From: an uncultured Gammaproteobacteria bacterium
GTDB lineage: Bacteria > Patescibacteriota > Microgenomatia > Daviesbacterales > UBA10151
DNA: 28,424 bases
Direction: 5' to 3'
NCBI GenBank assembly: GCA_964560075.1
Contig: CAZLKE010000007.1
Span: forward strand, 474-28,897
The position numbers and the translations under genes are program-made. The notes below the pieces were generated by a model, which saw only the letters and a program-made list of their open reading frames with translations, was not told the DNA's origin and made no database searches. Positions 8,273 to 18,100 of the stretch are shown here, piece by piece; the first letter of the stretch is position 1; the number at the start of each line of letters is the position of its first letter.

Positions 8273-9277
8273 ATGTCTAAAAAGATCCTTGTCACAGGCG
8301 CTGGGGGATATATCGGGTCAGTCACTACTTACCTCCTACTTCAAAAAGGCTACCAGATCATTGCAATAGATAACTTCTCAACCGGGTTTGAGGGCCCGCT
8401 TAAGTTGCTTCAAGAGAAGTTTGGTAAAGAAAAATTACATTATCAAAAATTAGACCTTAAAGACGATCTCAAAGAGTTTTCTGACAAGCAAAAAGACATA
8501 GAAGCTGTTGTCCATTTTGCAGCTTCCCTTTCTGTTAACGAATCAATGGAAGATCCTGCTAAATATTTTTCCAATAATGTCTCTGGAACCCAAAATCTTC
8601 TTAGAAACTTACTTGAAAATGATATTAAAAATATCATCTTTTCTTCTACTTGTGCAACGTACGGTGAGGCGGAGTATGTACCAATCAATGAAAAACATCC
8701 AACAAACCCAACTAATCCTTATGGGGAATCAAAAAGAATAATAGAACAGATGATTGAGTGGTATGGAAAACTTAAAGGATTAAACTACGTAGTTTTAAGA
8801 TATTTCAATGTTTGCGGAGCAACCGATGACGGCCTTATCGGAGATTCTAAAAAACCATCAGTTCATTTAATGCAAAACACTGTCCGGGGAGCACTAGGGC
8901 TAGAACCTTTTTATTTAACTTGTCCAGAGGTCGATACTCCAGATAAAAGCCCAATACGAGACTACGTGAATGTGGTTGATTTAGCTGGTGCGCATGTTAA
9001 AGCATTAGAGTATCTATTAAATGGAGGCAATAGCGAAATTATAAATGTCGGAACAGGAGAAGGAAATTCGGTTCTAGAAATAGTCAGAAAAGTCGAAGAA
9101 ATAACCGGTAAAAATTTAAATGCCAAACAAGGTCCAGCCCGTCAGGGTGAATATGCCAAAATGATCGCTTCAACTAAGAAAGCTAAAGAAATCTTAGGCT
9201 GGGAACCAACTCATTCTTTGGAAGATTCTGTTAATTCCTTGGTTAAATGGTACAAAAATCATCCGGCCGGTTGGTAG
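8273..9277 (+). CDS. galE: UDP-glucose 4-epimerase
   Basis: TGAGGYIG, HFAA, FSSTCATYG, YGESK (YxxxK), LRYFN, RDYVNVVDLA. ATG at 8273 follows TG-T-TAGAAT; the ORF-track start at 8255 overlaps the promoter. Confidence 0.92.
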   Translation: MSKKILVTGAGGYIGSVTTYLLLQKGYQIIAIDNFSTGFEGPLKLLQEKFGKEKLHYQKLDLKDDLKEFSDKQKDIEAVVHFAASLSVNESMEDPAKYFSNNVSGTQNLLRNLLENDIKNIIFSSTCATYGEAEYVPINEKHPTNPTNPYGESKRIIEQMIEWYGKLKGLNYVVLRYFNVCGATDDGLIGDSKKPSVHLMQNTVRGALGLEPFYLTCPEVDTPDKSPIRDYVNVVDLAGAHVKALEYLLNGGNSEIINVGTGEGNSVLEIVRKVEEITGKNLNAKQGPARQGEYAKMIASTKKAKEILGWEPTHSLEDSVNSLVKWYKNHPAGW

Positions 9278-10017
9278 GGTATTACAAATCTTTCCAGAGT
9301 ATCAGCCAGGCCGTCTTTTTCTACTGTCGGAGCGATATAGTCTGCTACTACCTTTAGATCCGGTACTGCATTCCCCATTGCAATTTTCAATCCGCAAGCC
9401 ATTAAAAGAGGAAGATCATTATATCCGTCTCCTATTCCAATCATTTCTTTAGGCTTGATATCCAATATTTTAGCGATTTCAAAAACAGCGTATTGCTTTG
9501 TGGCTTTGGGGTTGGTAATTAAAACATCTACACGATCTGCATAGACAGAGGCTTTATTGACAATTACATCCTCTATATCCGATAACTTTTGTGTTATTCG
9601 CTCTGCTTGTTCTTGAGTTACTTTGTTTGCAACCACTACAAATGGTTTATCTGGTGTGTAGTTTCGATAGAAGAAATCTACCCCATTATCCTGTATCCAC
9701 CAACTTATATTTAGATTCTTCAGCCTTCTGCAAACTTCAAATAAAGCATTTTTATCAATCGGGTGCTCAACAATCATCTTCCCTGTTCTTGCCTCAACTA
9801 CTTGAGCTCCATTACTCAATATCGACGGACCGGAAAGGTTTAAATATTCAAAAAGGTGCTTTGTTTTTTGATATTGTCTAGCTGTTGCCAATCCAAAATG
9901 AATTTTTTTCTTGGCTTCCAAAATAGCATCCCGAACCCGATCAGAAGGCAAAACTTCACTGCCCTCAACTAAAGTTCCGTCTATATCTGAGATCACTGCT
10001 TTAACTTGTCTTGTCAT
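9259..10017 (-). CDS. Cof-type HAD-IIB hydrolase
   Basis: DIDGTL (motif I), ATAR (II), ATK (III), GDGYNDL (IV), AMGNA. Confidence 0.9.
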   Translation of the reverse strand: MTRQVKAVISDIDGTLVEGSEVLPSDRVRDAILEAKKKIHFGLATARQYQKTKHLFEYLNLSGPSILSNGAQVVEARTGKMIVEHPIDKNALFEVCRRLKNLNISWWIQDNGVDFFYRNYTPDKPFVVVANKVTQEQAERITQKLSDIEDVIVNKASVYADRVDVLITNPKATKQYAVFEIAKILDIKPKEMIGIGDGYNDLPLLMACGLKIAMGNAVPDLKVVADYIAPTVEKDGLADTLERFVIPYQPAG

Positions 10018-10119
10018 TAGACAAAATGTTAGCTCTGTTTTTTTAATACTTAGTAAAGAAAAGATGTGGTAAGTGTAAGATATCGAGAGAAATCAGATTA
10101 TTTTGGTATAATTCGGATA

Positions 10120-10474
10120 ATGATTAAACATAATATCATTTACAATCCCTTTTCCGAGTGGAAAGCAGATAGCGAAGAAAGACGGTGAGTATATTAGAGA
10201 AGTACTCACAGATCAAATTGGTAACCTTCCTAATGTAGGAAATATTAGAGGTAAGGGGATGGAAATCGGGATTGATTTTGTAAAAGACAGACAATCAAAA
10301 GAAAAGAATACAGAAGTATTAAAAAGAGTTATCAAAACAGCTTGGGAGAATGGGTTAAATCTTAATTCTGATAACGAAAGCAACATTCAGTTAATGCCTC
10401 CTCTTACTATTGATAGAAAAGACTTAGATAAAGGACTAGAGATTCTAATTGATAGCGTCAAAAGATCGATATGA
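10120..10474 (+). pseudogene. class-III aminotransferase with a large internal deletion
   Basis: ATG at 10120 reads MIKHNIIYNPFSEWK...stop. A different frame from about 10170 reads AKKDGEYIREVLTDQIGNLPNVGNIRGKGMEIGIDFVKDRQSKE...IQLMPPLTI, a typical class-III aminotransferase C-terminus. No PLP-lysine domain is present. Confidence 0.75.
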
Positions 10475-11040
10475 AAAGAGTAGTAATTGTCCATTGTTGG
10501 GAAGGATACCCTAAATATTGTTGGTATCCAGAGGTGAAAAAAGAATTAGAAGATGAAGGTTTTGAAGTAAAAGTTCCAGCAATGCCGGAAACTGATTTTC
10601 CTAAACTCTTTTTATGGATCCCTAAGTTAAAAGAAATTGCTGATGAGCCAAGCGAAGATTTATATTTGATAGGTCATAGTGTTGGTGTAATTACTATTTT
10701 AAGATATTTAGAGCACTTGGAAGAGGGTAAAAAAGTTGGCGGTGTTGTAATGGTAGCTGGATTTACAGATGATTTAGATTATGAAGAATTAAAAAACTTT
10801 TTTGAAACTCCAATTGACTTTGAAAAAATAAAAACAAAATCCAAACACTTTACAGCGATTCATTCTGACAATGACCCTTATGTTTCTTTAAGGCATGGAG
10901 ATATTTTTAAAGAAAAACTTGGAGCAGAATTAATTGTAAAGTACAACATGGGACATTTTTCTGGCCCGGTAGATGATACAAAAAGTGTAACCTCTCTTCC
11001 TGAAGTAGTAGAAGCTATTAAGGAAACGTCAGGAGAATAG
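10471..11040 (+). CDS. RBBP9/YdeN family alpha/beta hydrolase
   Basis: IVHCW, GHSVG nucleophile elbow, HSDNDPYV (Asp), GHF (His). Confidence 0.88.
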   Translation: MKRVVIVHCWEGYPKYCWYPEVKKELEDEGFEVKVPAMPETDFPKLFLWIPKLKEIADEPSEDLYLIGHSVGVITILRYLEHLEEGKKVGGVVMVAGFTDDLDYEELKNFFETPIDFEKIKTKSKHFTAIHSDNDPYVSLRHGDIFKEKLGAELIVKYNMGHFSGPVDDTKSVTSLPEVVEAIKETSGE

Positions 11041-11098
11041 ATTAATGAACCATTATCATTTTGTACCCATCAATCAATATATTAACTATGTTGTTCTA

Positions 11099-11125
11099 AC
11101 GTCAGATTAAAAATCCGTCTGACGT
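11099..11125. terminator. hairpin between convergent genes, possible bidirectional terminator
   Basis: ACGTCAGA-N11-TCTGACGT 8-bp stem; no clear U-tract. Confidence 0.4.
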
Positions 11126-11147
11126 GTGTAAGAAGAAGAAAATAGCT

Positions 11148-12959
11148 TTACTGATATCCCTTGGCTTGGAGAGTAAACATTTTGGTGTATTTACCATCTA
11201 CTTTAAGCAGTTCTGCATGAGTACCACTTTCGGTAATTTTACCCCCTTCGACAACAAAAATCCTGTCTGCATTACGCACAGTAGAAAACCTGTGGGAAAC
11301 TAAAATAAGGGTCTTGGTGGTATAAGCTTTTTCAAGGTTATTAAATATTTGGTATTCTGCTTCAGCATCGATCGCACTTGTTGGCTCATCCAGAATCAGT
11401 ACTGGTGCACCTTCATAAAAAGCCCTGGCTATTGCAAGTTTCTGCCACTGCCCTCCAGATAATTCTTCCCCATCTGCAAACTCCCGTCCAAGTAAGGTAT
11501 CAAACCCTTTAGGAAGAGATTGGATAAAATCATAAGCTCCAGATTTTATAGCAGCTTGCTTCATTACATCATGATCATGTTTGGAAGGGTTACCAAGGGT
11601 AATATTATCTTGAACCGTAAAGTGGTACTGGACAAAATCTTGAAAAAGCGTACCTAAAAAATCATACCAGTGTGAAAGTTTAATGTCTTTTAGATTAACA
11701 TCATTAATAAGTATCTCACCTGAGGTTACATCATAGAAACGGCAAAGGAGTTTAATGATTGTAGATTTTCCTGCTCCGTTTTCTCCCACAAACGCCACGT
11801 TTTCACCAGGCTGAATAACAAAAGAAACACCATCCAACACTTTATGTCCATTTGGATATTCAAAGTATACATTCCTAAATTCAATCTTTGGCGGTGCTAT
11901 AGATTTAAAAACATGAGGTTGTCCTGAGTCTTTTATAAGTTCTGGCAACGCAAGTACATCAAAATAATGATCTACAAAAAGACTATTAGTATACATTTCT
12001 CCATAATTTATAACTGCTGAACCGACCTGACCGTTGAGGTTATCAATCATATTAATAAGCAAAGCAAAACTTCCTACTGTAAGTATTCCAGTAAAGACAT
12101 CTGGCAATTTAAGGGATGCAATTATAAATAATACCATTACCTCCAAAACAACCGGTGCCGTTAAAATGCCCATATACTCATCCAGAGGTTTTTTATTTAA
12201 ACGAAATAGATATTCTTGCGTTTCCTTAAATTTTCTTAGTAATTCTCCCGATGATTTAAAAATCCGCATCTCTCTAATGGCAGTAGGATCTGATAGCAAC
12301 CAAGTAAAATACCAAAGCCTTCTGTTTTCCTCTGCACCAGCTCCCCAAAAAGACCACTGGACATTTCCATATCTTGAGCGAAGGTATAAAAACGGGAGAC
12401 TGGTGAGTATAACTGCAACTGGTACCCACCACCCAAATGCAAGAAGAATAAATAAAGACGCAATACCCGAGACAATATTACTTAAAAAATAAGAAAAATT
12501 TCTAAGCATGTCCGGCAAACGCCATAGCATACTGTCCCGGGCTTTTGTGATCAGATTTTGGGATACCGGATCTTCTAAATGAGCAATATCAAGAGCAGAA
12601 AGCCTGCTATAGAATTTATAAGCTATAAAATTCTGAAGCTTATAACGCATCAAGGTATCGAAGTACATGTTTTGTAATGTCCAGTTGGTAATATTACTGA
12701 TAAAAGTAACAAGATAACGAGCGCCTAAAATAATTATTACCAGAAGAGGTATTTCCCTGGTTGTAATGTTGTCTTGTATCAGACTATCAATTAGGTATTT
12801 TAAGGTTAAACTTGCCAAAATAGCCGTTATTGCAGCAAACGCTCCGGAGAGAAAATATCCGATAACAAGTTTTTTGTCCATTTCCCAGGCCAAACCCAAC
12901 ATCTTTTTAAGATTTTTTAGGGTTTGCCGAACTACTTTGGTTGATTGACGTATCTTCAT
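11148..12959 (-). CDS. ABC exporter, fused permease/ATPase
   Basis: N-terminal transmembrane domain, Walker A GENGAGKST, signature LSGGQWQK, Walker B LILDEPT, SHRFST. Confidence 0.93.
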   Translation of the reverse strand: MKIRQSTKVVRQTLKNLKKMLGLAWEMDKKLVIGYFLSGAFAAITAILASLTLKYLIDSLIQDNITTREIPLLVIIILGARYLVTFISNITNWTLQNMYFDTLMRYKLQNFIAYKFYSRLSALDIAHLEDPVSQNLITKARDSMLWRLPDMLRNFSYFLSNIVSGIASLFILLAFGWWVPVAVILTSLPFLYLRSRYGNVQWSFWGAGAEENRRLWYFTWLLSDPTAIREMRIFKSSGELLRKFKETQEYLFRLNKKPLDEYMGILTAPVVLEVMVLFIIASLKLPDVFTGILTVGSFALLINMIDNLNGQVGSAVINYGEMYTNSLFVDHYFDVLALPELIKDSGQPHVFKSIAPPKIEFRNVYFEYPNGHKVLDGVSFVIQPGENVAFVGENGAGKSTIIKLLCRFYDVTSGEILINDVNLKDIKLSHWYDFLGTLFQDFVQYHFTVQDNITLGNPSKHDHDVMKQAAIKSGAYDFIQSLPKGFDTLLGREFADGEELSGGQWQKLAIARAFYEGAPVLILDEPTSAIDAEAEYQIFNNLEKAYTTKTLILVSHRFSTVRNADRIFVVEGGKITESGTHAELLKVDGKYTKMFTLQAKGYQ

Positions 12960-13036
12960 ACTAGAAGTGTGCCAGATAAAAAAATATTAAACAAGGTTTC
13001 TGAGCGAGAGATTTAAAAATCAGATATAATTTTACT

Positions 13037-13714
13037 ATGAACTTATGGCAAAGTTATCTAAACCTTTATGCATCGCTTCCTGATCGTTGCGAAAAGTCAT
13101 TGGGCTTAATCTCAGAACCAGTAGATTCTTTATCTAGCATAGTTTTTTTTATTTCTGCTTTTTTTATCTATAAACTCCTCAAAAACAACAATATTCAGGA
13201 TCAGCGAATTAAATTACTTGTAATATTGGTGGTCTTAATAGGTATAGGTAGTACTACTTACCACTCATTTCATAGTCCATACACAGCAATCTTTGATTTA
13301 TTACCAATTTATATCTTTGTATTTTACTCACTCTATTTACTTGCAGCTTTTATAAGTGAAAGTAAAATCCTACAGTATGGAATTCCTCTATTACTATTTA
13401 TTTTTCAACTGGGTTTTAGGTTTGCAAGCATCCCACTTTTCATTCTAGGTATGCCAACATTCCACATATTCAACATAATCTTTATTCTTGGTTTATCCTT
13501 TTGGTTATACAGTAGAATAGGAAAAGTAATAGTGAGTATATTTCCGGTACTTTTCTCTTATTCTCTAGGAGTTCTCGCCAGATATTTTGATCTAATTGTA
13601 TGTCCAATAAATGGAGTAGGCACTCATTTCATTTGGCATATATGTGTTGCATTTGCAACATATTATACAGCTAAATTTTTTGTTAAGTTATTAAGCGTAA
13701 AGTCAGGTTTGTAA
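13037..13714 (+). CDS. ceramidase-like (CREST superfamily) membrane protein
   Basis: CE...EP.D.LSS..FF, IGSTTYH (SxxxH), GTHFIWH (HxxxH), about seven hydrophobic segments. TATAAT 6 nt before the ATG. Confidence 0.75.
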   Translation: MNLWQSYLNLYASLPDRCEKSLGLISEPVDSLSSIVFFISAFFIYKLLKNNNIQDQRIKLLVILVVLIGIGSTTYHSFHSPYTAIFDLLPIYIFVFYSLYLLAAFISESKILQYGIPLLLFIFQLGFRFASIPLFILGMPTFHIFNIIFILGLSFWLYSRIGKVIVSIFPVLFSYSLGVLARYFDLIVCPINGVGTHFIWHICVAFATYYTAKFFVKLLSVKSGL

Positions 13715-13724
13715 AAACATCTGG

Positions 13725-13751
13725 GCACAAAAGGCGACCCCTTGCGAGGCT
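13725..13751 (+). repeat. dispersed repeat copy 2
   Basis: GCACAAAAGGCGACCCCTTGCGAGGCT; 26/27 identical to the reverse complement of 14154-14180. Confidence 0.85.
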
Positions 13752-13870
13752 GTTTTTTGTCCGGCTAATGGACAATCTCTAATTATTGAGATCGGTAATG
13801 CTTCAGGAGGAATCGATTATCTATTTAACAGGGTTAAGTATCATTTGGATCCTTGGGGAAAGGTAACAAG

Positions 13871-13944
13871 CGACCCCAACGGGAGTCGAACCCGTGATTT
13901 CAGGGATGAAAGCCCTGCGTCCTAGGCCACTAGACGATGGGGTC
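13871..13944 (-). tRNA. tRNA-Glu (anticodon TTC), CCA not encoded
   Basis: GACCCCA-TC-GTCTAGTGGCCTAGGAC-G-CAGGG CTTTCAT CCCTG-AAATC-ACGGG TTCGACT CCCGT-TGGGGTC-G. Confidence 0.95.
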
Positions 13945-14069
13945 AATATTAAGCTTTTGATGTTTATTAAGCTTCTCGACACCTTTGCTTTCTGAAGTCG
14001 CTCTGCGACTTAAGGCCACAATTCTCTTTTTCGGATGACGCATCCTCAAAAGTATGCCGATGGGGTCAA
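13935..14069 (-). repeat. direct duplication of the tRNA-Glu 5' end around a hairpin-rich spacer
   Basis: CGATGGGGTCAA occurs at 13935-13946 and 14058-14069 (12/12, 123 nt apart). The spacer holds triloop hairpins AAGTCGC-TCT-GCGACTT (13995-14011) and GGATG-ACG-CATCC (14033-14045). Confidence 0.75.
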
Positions 14070-14101
14070 AAATCCGCCAGAGGCGGATGACACTTCGTAT
14101 C

Positions 14102-14130
14102 ATTTTATCAAATCTGAAGCTGAAAGTCCA
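14102..14130 (-). promoter_or_regulatory. sigma70-type promoter for the tRNA-Glu locus
   Basis: Minus strand TGGACT, 17 nt, TAAAAT with extended TG. Followed by hairpin ATCCGCC-TCT-GGCGGAT (14072-14088) and then the truncated tRNA 5' end. Confidence 0.6.
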
Positions 14131-14151
14131 AGATAAGACGTGTTTAAATAG

Positions 14152-14802
14152 TTAGCCTCGAAAGGGGTCGCCTTTTGTGCTTACTTTTATGCCAATAAAT
14201 TTCCCCAGATTAAAACTCTTTCTGTGGAGATCGCATAAACCTAACTTGCCTATGGCATCTCTGTGGTCTTTTGTTCCATAGCCTTTGTGCCTTGCAAAAC
14301 CATAACCTGGAAAATCACCATCTAGTTTACTCATTAACTCATCCCTATAAACCTTGGCAATAATTGAAGCTGCTGCGATGGACACAGAAAGTTTGTCTCC
14401 GGCTTTAATTGGGTTTTGGATACTTTTATCCAACCCCTGAATATGAAAAGCATCTATCAGAAAAAATTCCGGGTAATTTTTTAGGCAGTTAACCGCATTT
14501 AAAAAAGCCAGTTGAGTTGCTTTCCCTATGCCAACCTCATTTATAGTTTCTACATCAATCTCTGCAATGGCAAAATCTAGGGCTGAAGCTTTAATTTCAT
14601 CAGCAAGTTTTTCTCTTTTACTTGGTTTAAGAAGTTTTGAATCTGCAATACCATCAGGAACTTTTGAATCAGGAGAAAAAATTACAGCTCCAGCAACCAC
14701 CGGCCCGGCAAAACAACCCCGACCTACTTCATCAATACCACACACAAGAGTCTTTCCTTCATTCCATAACTTATACTCATAACCAAGCGTCGCATAAAGC
14801 AT
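14152..14802 (-). CDS. rnhB: ribonuclease HII
   Basis: GIDEVGRG, DSK, IDA, GD..S.SIAAASIIAKVYRD, GY...KGYGT, HRKSF. The last codons derive from the dispersed repeat. Confidence 0.95.
   Translation of the reverse strand: MLYATLGYEYKLWNEGKTLVCGIDEVGRGCFAGPVVAGAVIFSPDSKVPDGIADSKLLKPSKREKLADEIKASALDFAIAEIDVETINEVGIGKATQLAFLNAVNCLKNYPEFFLIDAFHIQGLDKSIQNPIKAGDKLSVSIAAASIIAKVYRDELMSKLDGDFPGYGFARHKGYGTKDHRDAIGKLGLCDLHRKSFNLGKFIGIKVSTKGDPFRG
14154..14180 (-). repeat. dispersed repeat copy 3, inside the rnhB 3' end
   Basis: Minus strand GCACAAAAGGCGACCCCTTTCGAGGCT encodes (S)TKGDPFRG and the first base of the TAA stop. Confidence 0.85.
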
Positions 14803-15117
14803 TTAAAGTGCTGAAGACATTTTTCCGACAATGTTTCGCAGGAAATACAGTTTTGCCCGCCGGACTTTCCGGGCTCTTTTGACTACATCAATATCAACAA
14901 TTGATTTAGAATCAAGTGGCCAGGTTCTTTCAACACCGATATTCCTTGCGCCGACTCTTCGAACAGTCATGGTTTTGTTTGAATCCCGGCCACGAAGACT
15001 AATTATCACACCCTCAAAAGTCTGAATTCGGGTTTTATTTCCTTCAACAACAGTAGTTTTAGCTCTAATTGTATCGCCGACCTTTAATTCTTTATCTTTG
15101 TATTTCACTGAAATCAT
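14803..15117 (-). CDS. rplS: 50S ribosomal protein L19
   Basis: KVGDTI...EG.KTRIQ.FEG, TVRR...[18 protein letters not shown]. Confidence 0.96.
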   Translation of the reverse strand: MISVKYKDKELKVGDTIRAKTTVVEGNKTRIQTFEGVIISLRGRDSNKTMTVRRVGARNIGVERTWPLDSKSIVDIDVVKRARKVRRAKLYFLRNIVGKMSSAL

Positions 15118-15144
15118 ACGAGTAATAATACACTTTTGCCTATC

Positions 15145-18100
15145 TTAAATCAAGCGTATGGAACCTGAACCCAAAATTGACTCCACACTCTTAATCAATT
15201 CATTACCAGGATTTACCCTAAAAGAAAGATCCATTTTCTTTAAAGTATTCCCTGAAGGTATTAAAATTGAGATTGGAGAAGTGCCAGGATATTTTTTCAA
15301 TTCTACATGAACTCTTTTTAAAAGCTCACTATCTGCTATCCTGGGGAATTCTATTTCAACCTCCTTTAGGTGGCCTTTTCTCACTGAACCGGTGGAGATA
15401 TCAACAACTGGAAAATTGCTTGGATCGAACTTATCAATATTATCAATAACCAGAGAGAAGTTATCGTCACGCTTATCTAGCCTACCCCACATCACCACTA
15501 CCTGCTCTTTTAGGAGAATCTTTTTTTGGACAGCGTAAAGCTTTGGGAAAACCACACACTCAATTTCTCCTGATCCATCAAATACACGCAAGAAAGCCAT
15601 TTCTGAAGCATCCTTTTTGGTCAAGACTTTTTTAACCTCAGAGAGTACTCCACCAACTACTATCTTTTCTCCAACTTTAGAATCATCAAATTCAGAGATC
15701 CTGGTGCTGATAAATTCTTTTATCTTTCTTAGATCTTTAATATAGGGTGGTTCATGCAAATAAAAACCTAGCAACTCTTTTTCGAAACTCAAAAGCTGCT
15801 CAAGAGGCAATTCTTCAACATCCGGCAACTCAAATTTAATCTCATTGTGGGAAGAATCCAGCCCATCAAACAAAGATACCTGGCCACCCATCGATGCTTT
15901 AGCTAATTTATGAGCTTCTTCCAAACACTCTTCCAGAGACATCAACTGGGCAGACCTTGAACCTAAATGATCCAGCGCCCCTGCTTTAATTAAACTTTCC
16001 ATAGTTTTTTTGTTGCAAAGCCGTGTATCAACTTTGGTTAAAAGATCCATTAAAAAAATAAATGGTTTTTCTTTGCGTCCTTCTATAATTGACTCAATTG
16101 CATGAACACCAACGTTTTTAATGGCAGAAAGACCAAACCTAATACCTTCTGAGAATTTAGAATTTTTAACCTGGCCAATTTGACGGACCAATTCTTCTTT
16201 TGACAAATCACTTAGCTTTTCAATAGTAAATCCGACAAATGATTTATTTATATCAGGAGGAAGAACCGGAATTCCCATTTTTTTACACTCTTCAATCGCA
16301 TTAGCTATTTTATCCGCATCCCCATACTCAGCTGTCATCACCGCTGCCATAAACTCAACAGGATAGTTAGCTTTCATGTAAGCTGTATGGTAGGCAACCA
16401 TCGCATAAGAGGCAGCATGACTCTTATTAAATCCATAGGCTGCAAAGGGAGCAATGAGTGCAAACAAGTCATCGGCTTGTTTTTGATCCATTCCGTTTTT
16501 AACACACCCTTCTACAAACTTGCCCTTTTGCTTCTCCATCTCAGCGGGAATCTTTTTACCCATCGCTTTTCTAAATTTATCCGCATCTTCCCAGGAATAA
16601 CCGGCGATATTGATTGCAGAGTACAACACGTCCTCCTGGTAAACTAAAAGCCCTAAAGACTGTTGCATGTAAGACTGCATTCTTGGGTCATAATACTTAA
16701 TAAGTTTAGGATCTCTTTTCCGGGAGATATATTCAGGTATCACACCTAGAGGACCCGGCCGGTATAAAGCTACCATAGCTGCCAAATCCGGAATATTGGT
16801 CGGGCGGAGTTCCATTAAGTATTTAGTCATCCCTTCAGAACTAAGCTGGAAAATTCCCATTGTTTCTCCCCGGGCAAGCAAGTCATAGGCCTTCTTGTCA
16901 TCGATATTGATTTTATTTAAATCAATATCCACCCCACGGTTTTGTCTTACATACTCAACTGCCCGGCCTAAAATAGACAAGTTGCGGATACCTAAAAAGT
17001 CCATTTTGACAAGCCCTGCATCTTCAACCGAAAACATGTCATACTGGCAAACCACTTTATCTCCATTGGCCTCTTTTTGTAGTGGCGTAAAGTGGGTAAT
17101 TTCCTCAGGAGAGATAACAATACCTGCAGCATGAACTGAGGCATGGCGAACAGTTCCTTCGATCTTCATTGCCAGATCAAAAAGCTTTTTAACCTGGGGA
17201 TTAGAAGCATACAAGCCAGCCAGTTCCAAAACCTCTTTAACTACCTCATGGAGGGGTTTATGAAAACCCTGATGCGGAGGAGGAACAAGTTTGGCTAAAC
17301 TATCTACTTCCCCATAACCCATCCCCATAACCCGGCCAATATCCCGAAGTGCTGCCCTTCCCATCATAGTACCAAAAGTGACAATATGTGCCACCCGGTC
17401 CTCTCCGTATTTCTTCATCACATACCTAATAACATCATCCCGCCGATCGTCTGCTAAATCAGCATCAATATCAGGCAAGGAAGGCCTAAGCTTGGTTAAG
17501 AACCTTTCAAACGGCAAAAGATAATCTAGTGGATTTAAGTTCGTTACACCCAAGCAGTAAAGGATAATTGAACCAGCTGCAGAACCTCTGGTGTTAGTAA
17601 TAATCCCTTCCTGATGCGCCCATTCCATAAAGTCAGATACAACCAAAAAATAATCTGCGTAGCCTTTATACTCAATAATATCAAGCTCATATTCTATCCT
17701 CTCTTTTTCTTCCGGTGTAATCTTAAGTTTCTTCTCTGCTCCCTCATAGGTCAGCTTCCTCAAATATTCCATAGAAGTTTTATTATTGGGCGTTTTAAAA
17801 ATCGGGAAATGAGATTTTCCCAAAGGGATCTCAAGATTTGTCATTTTAGCGATTTTGACAGAAGTGTCCAGCATTTCCGGCATGTCTTTGAAGGTTTCCA
17901 GCATCTCTTCAGGCGATTTTAAATAATAATCTGGGGTATCGATCATTCGCAATCTGTTGACATCTGTCAACAGTTTACCGGTTTGAATACAAATTAATGC
18001 ATCTTGAACCTCGGCGTCTTCTTTTTTGATGTAGTGGAAATCATTTGTAGCTACAACAGGGATACCGAGTTTTGGAGAAAGCTCTTTTATTGCTTTGAAT

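Noticed and set aside
10120-10260. Programmed frameshift producing a mini-aminotransferase
   Set aside because: No slippery heptamer at the junction, and the product would lack the whole PLP-binding domain.
13752-13870. Short open frames between the repeat and the tRNA-Glu 3' end
   Set aside because: No start context or recognisable motif; cannot be supported as a gene remnant.
13945-14057. GIY-YIG remnant in the tRNA-Glu spacer (minus frame ...VEKLNKHQKLNI)
   Set aside because: Only a vague resemblance to UPF0213 C-termini; no catalytic motif and too short to support.
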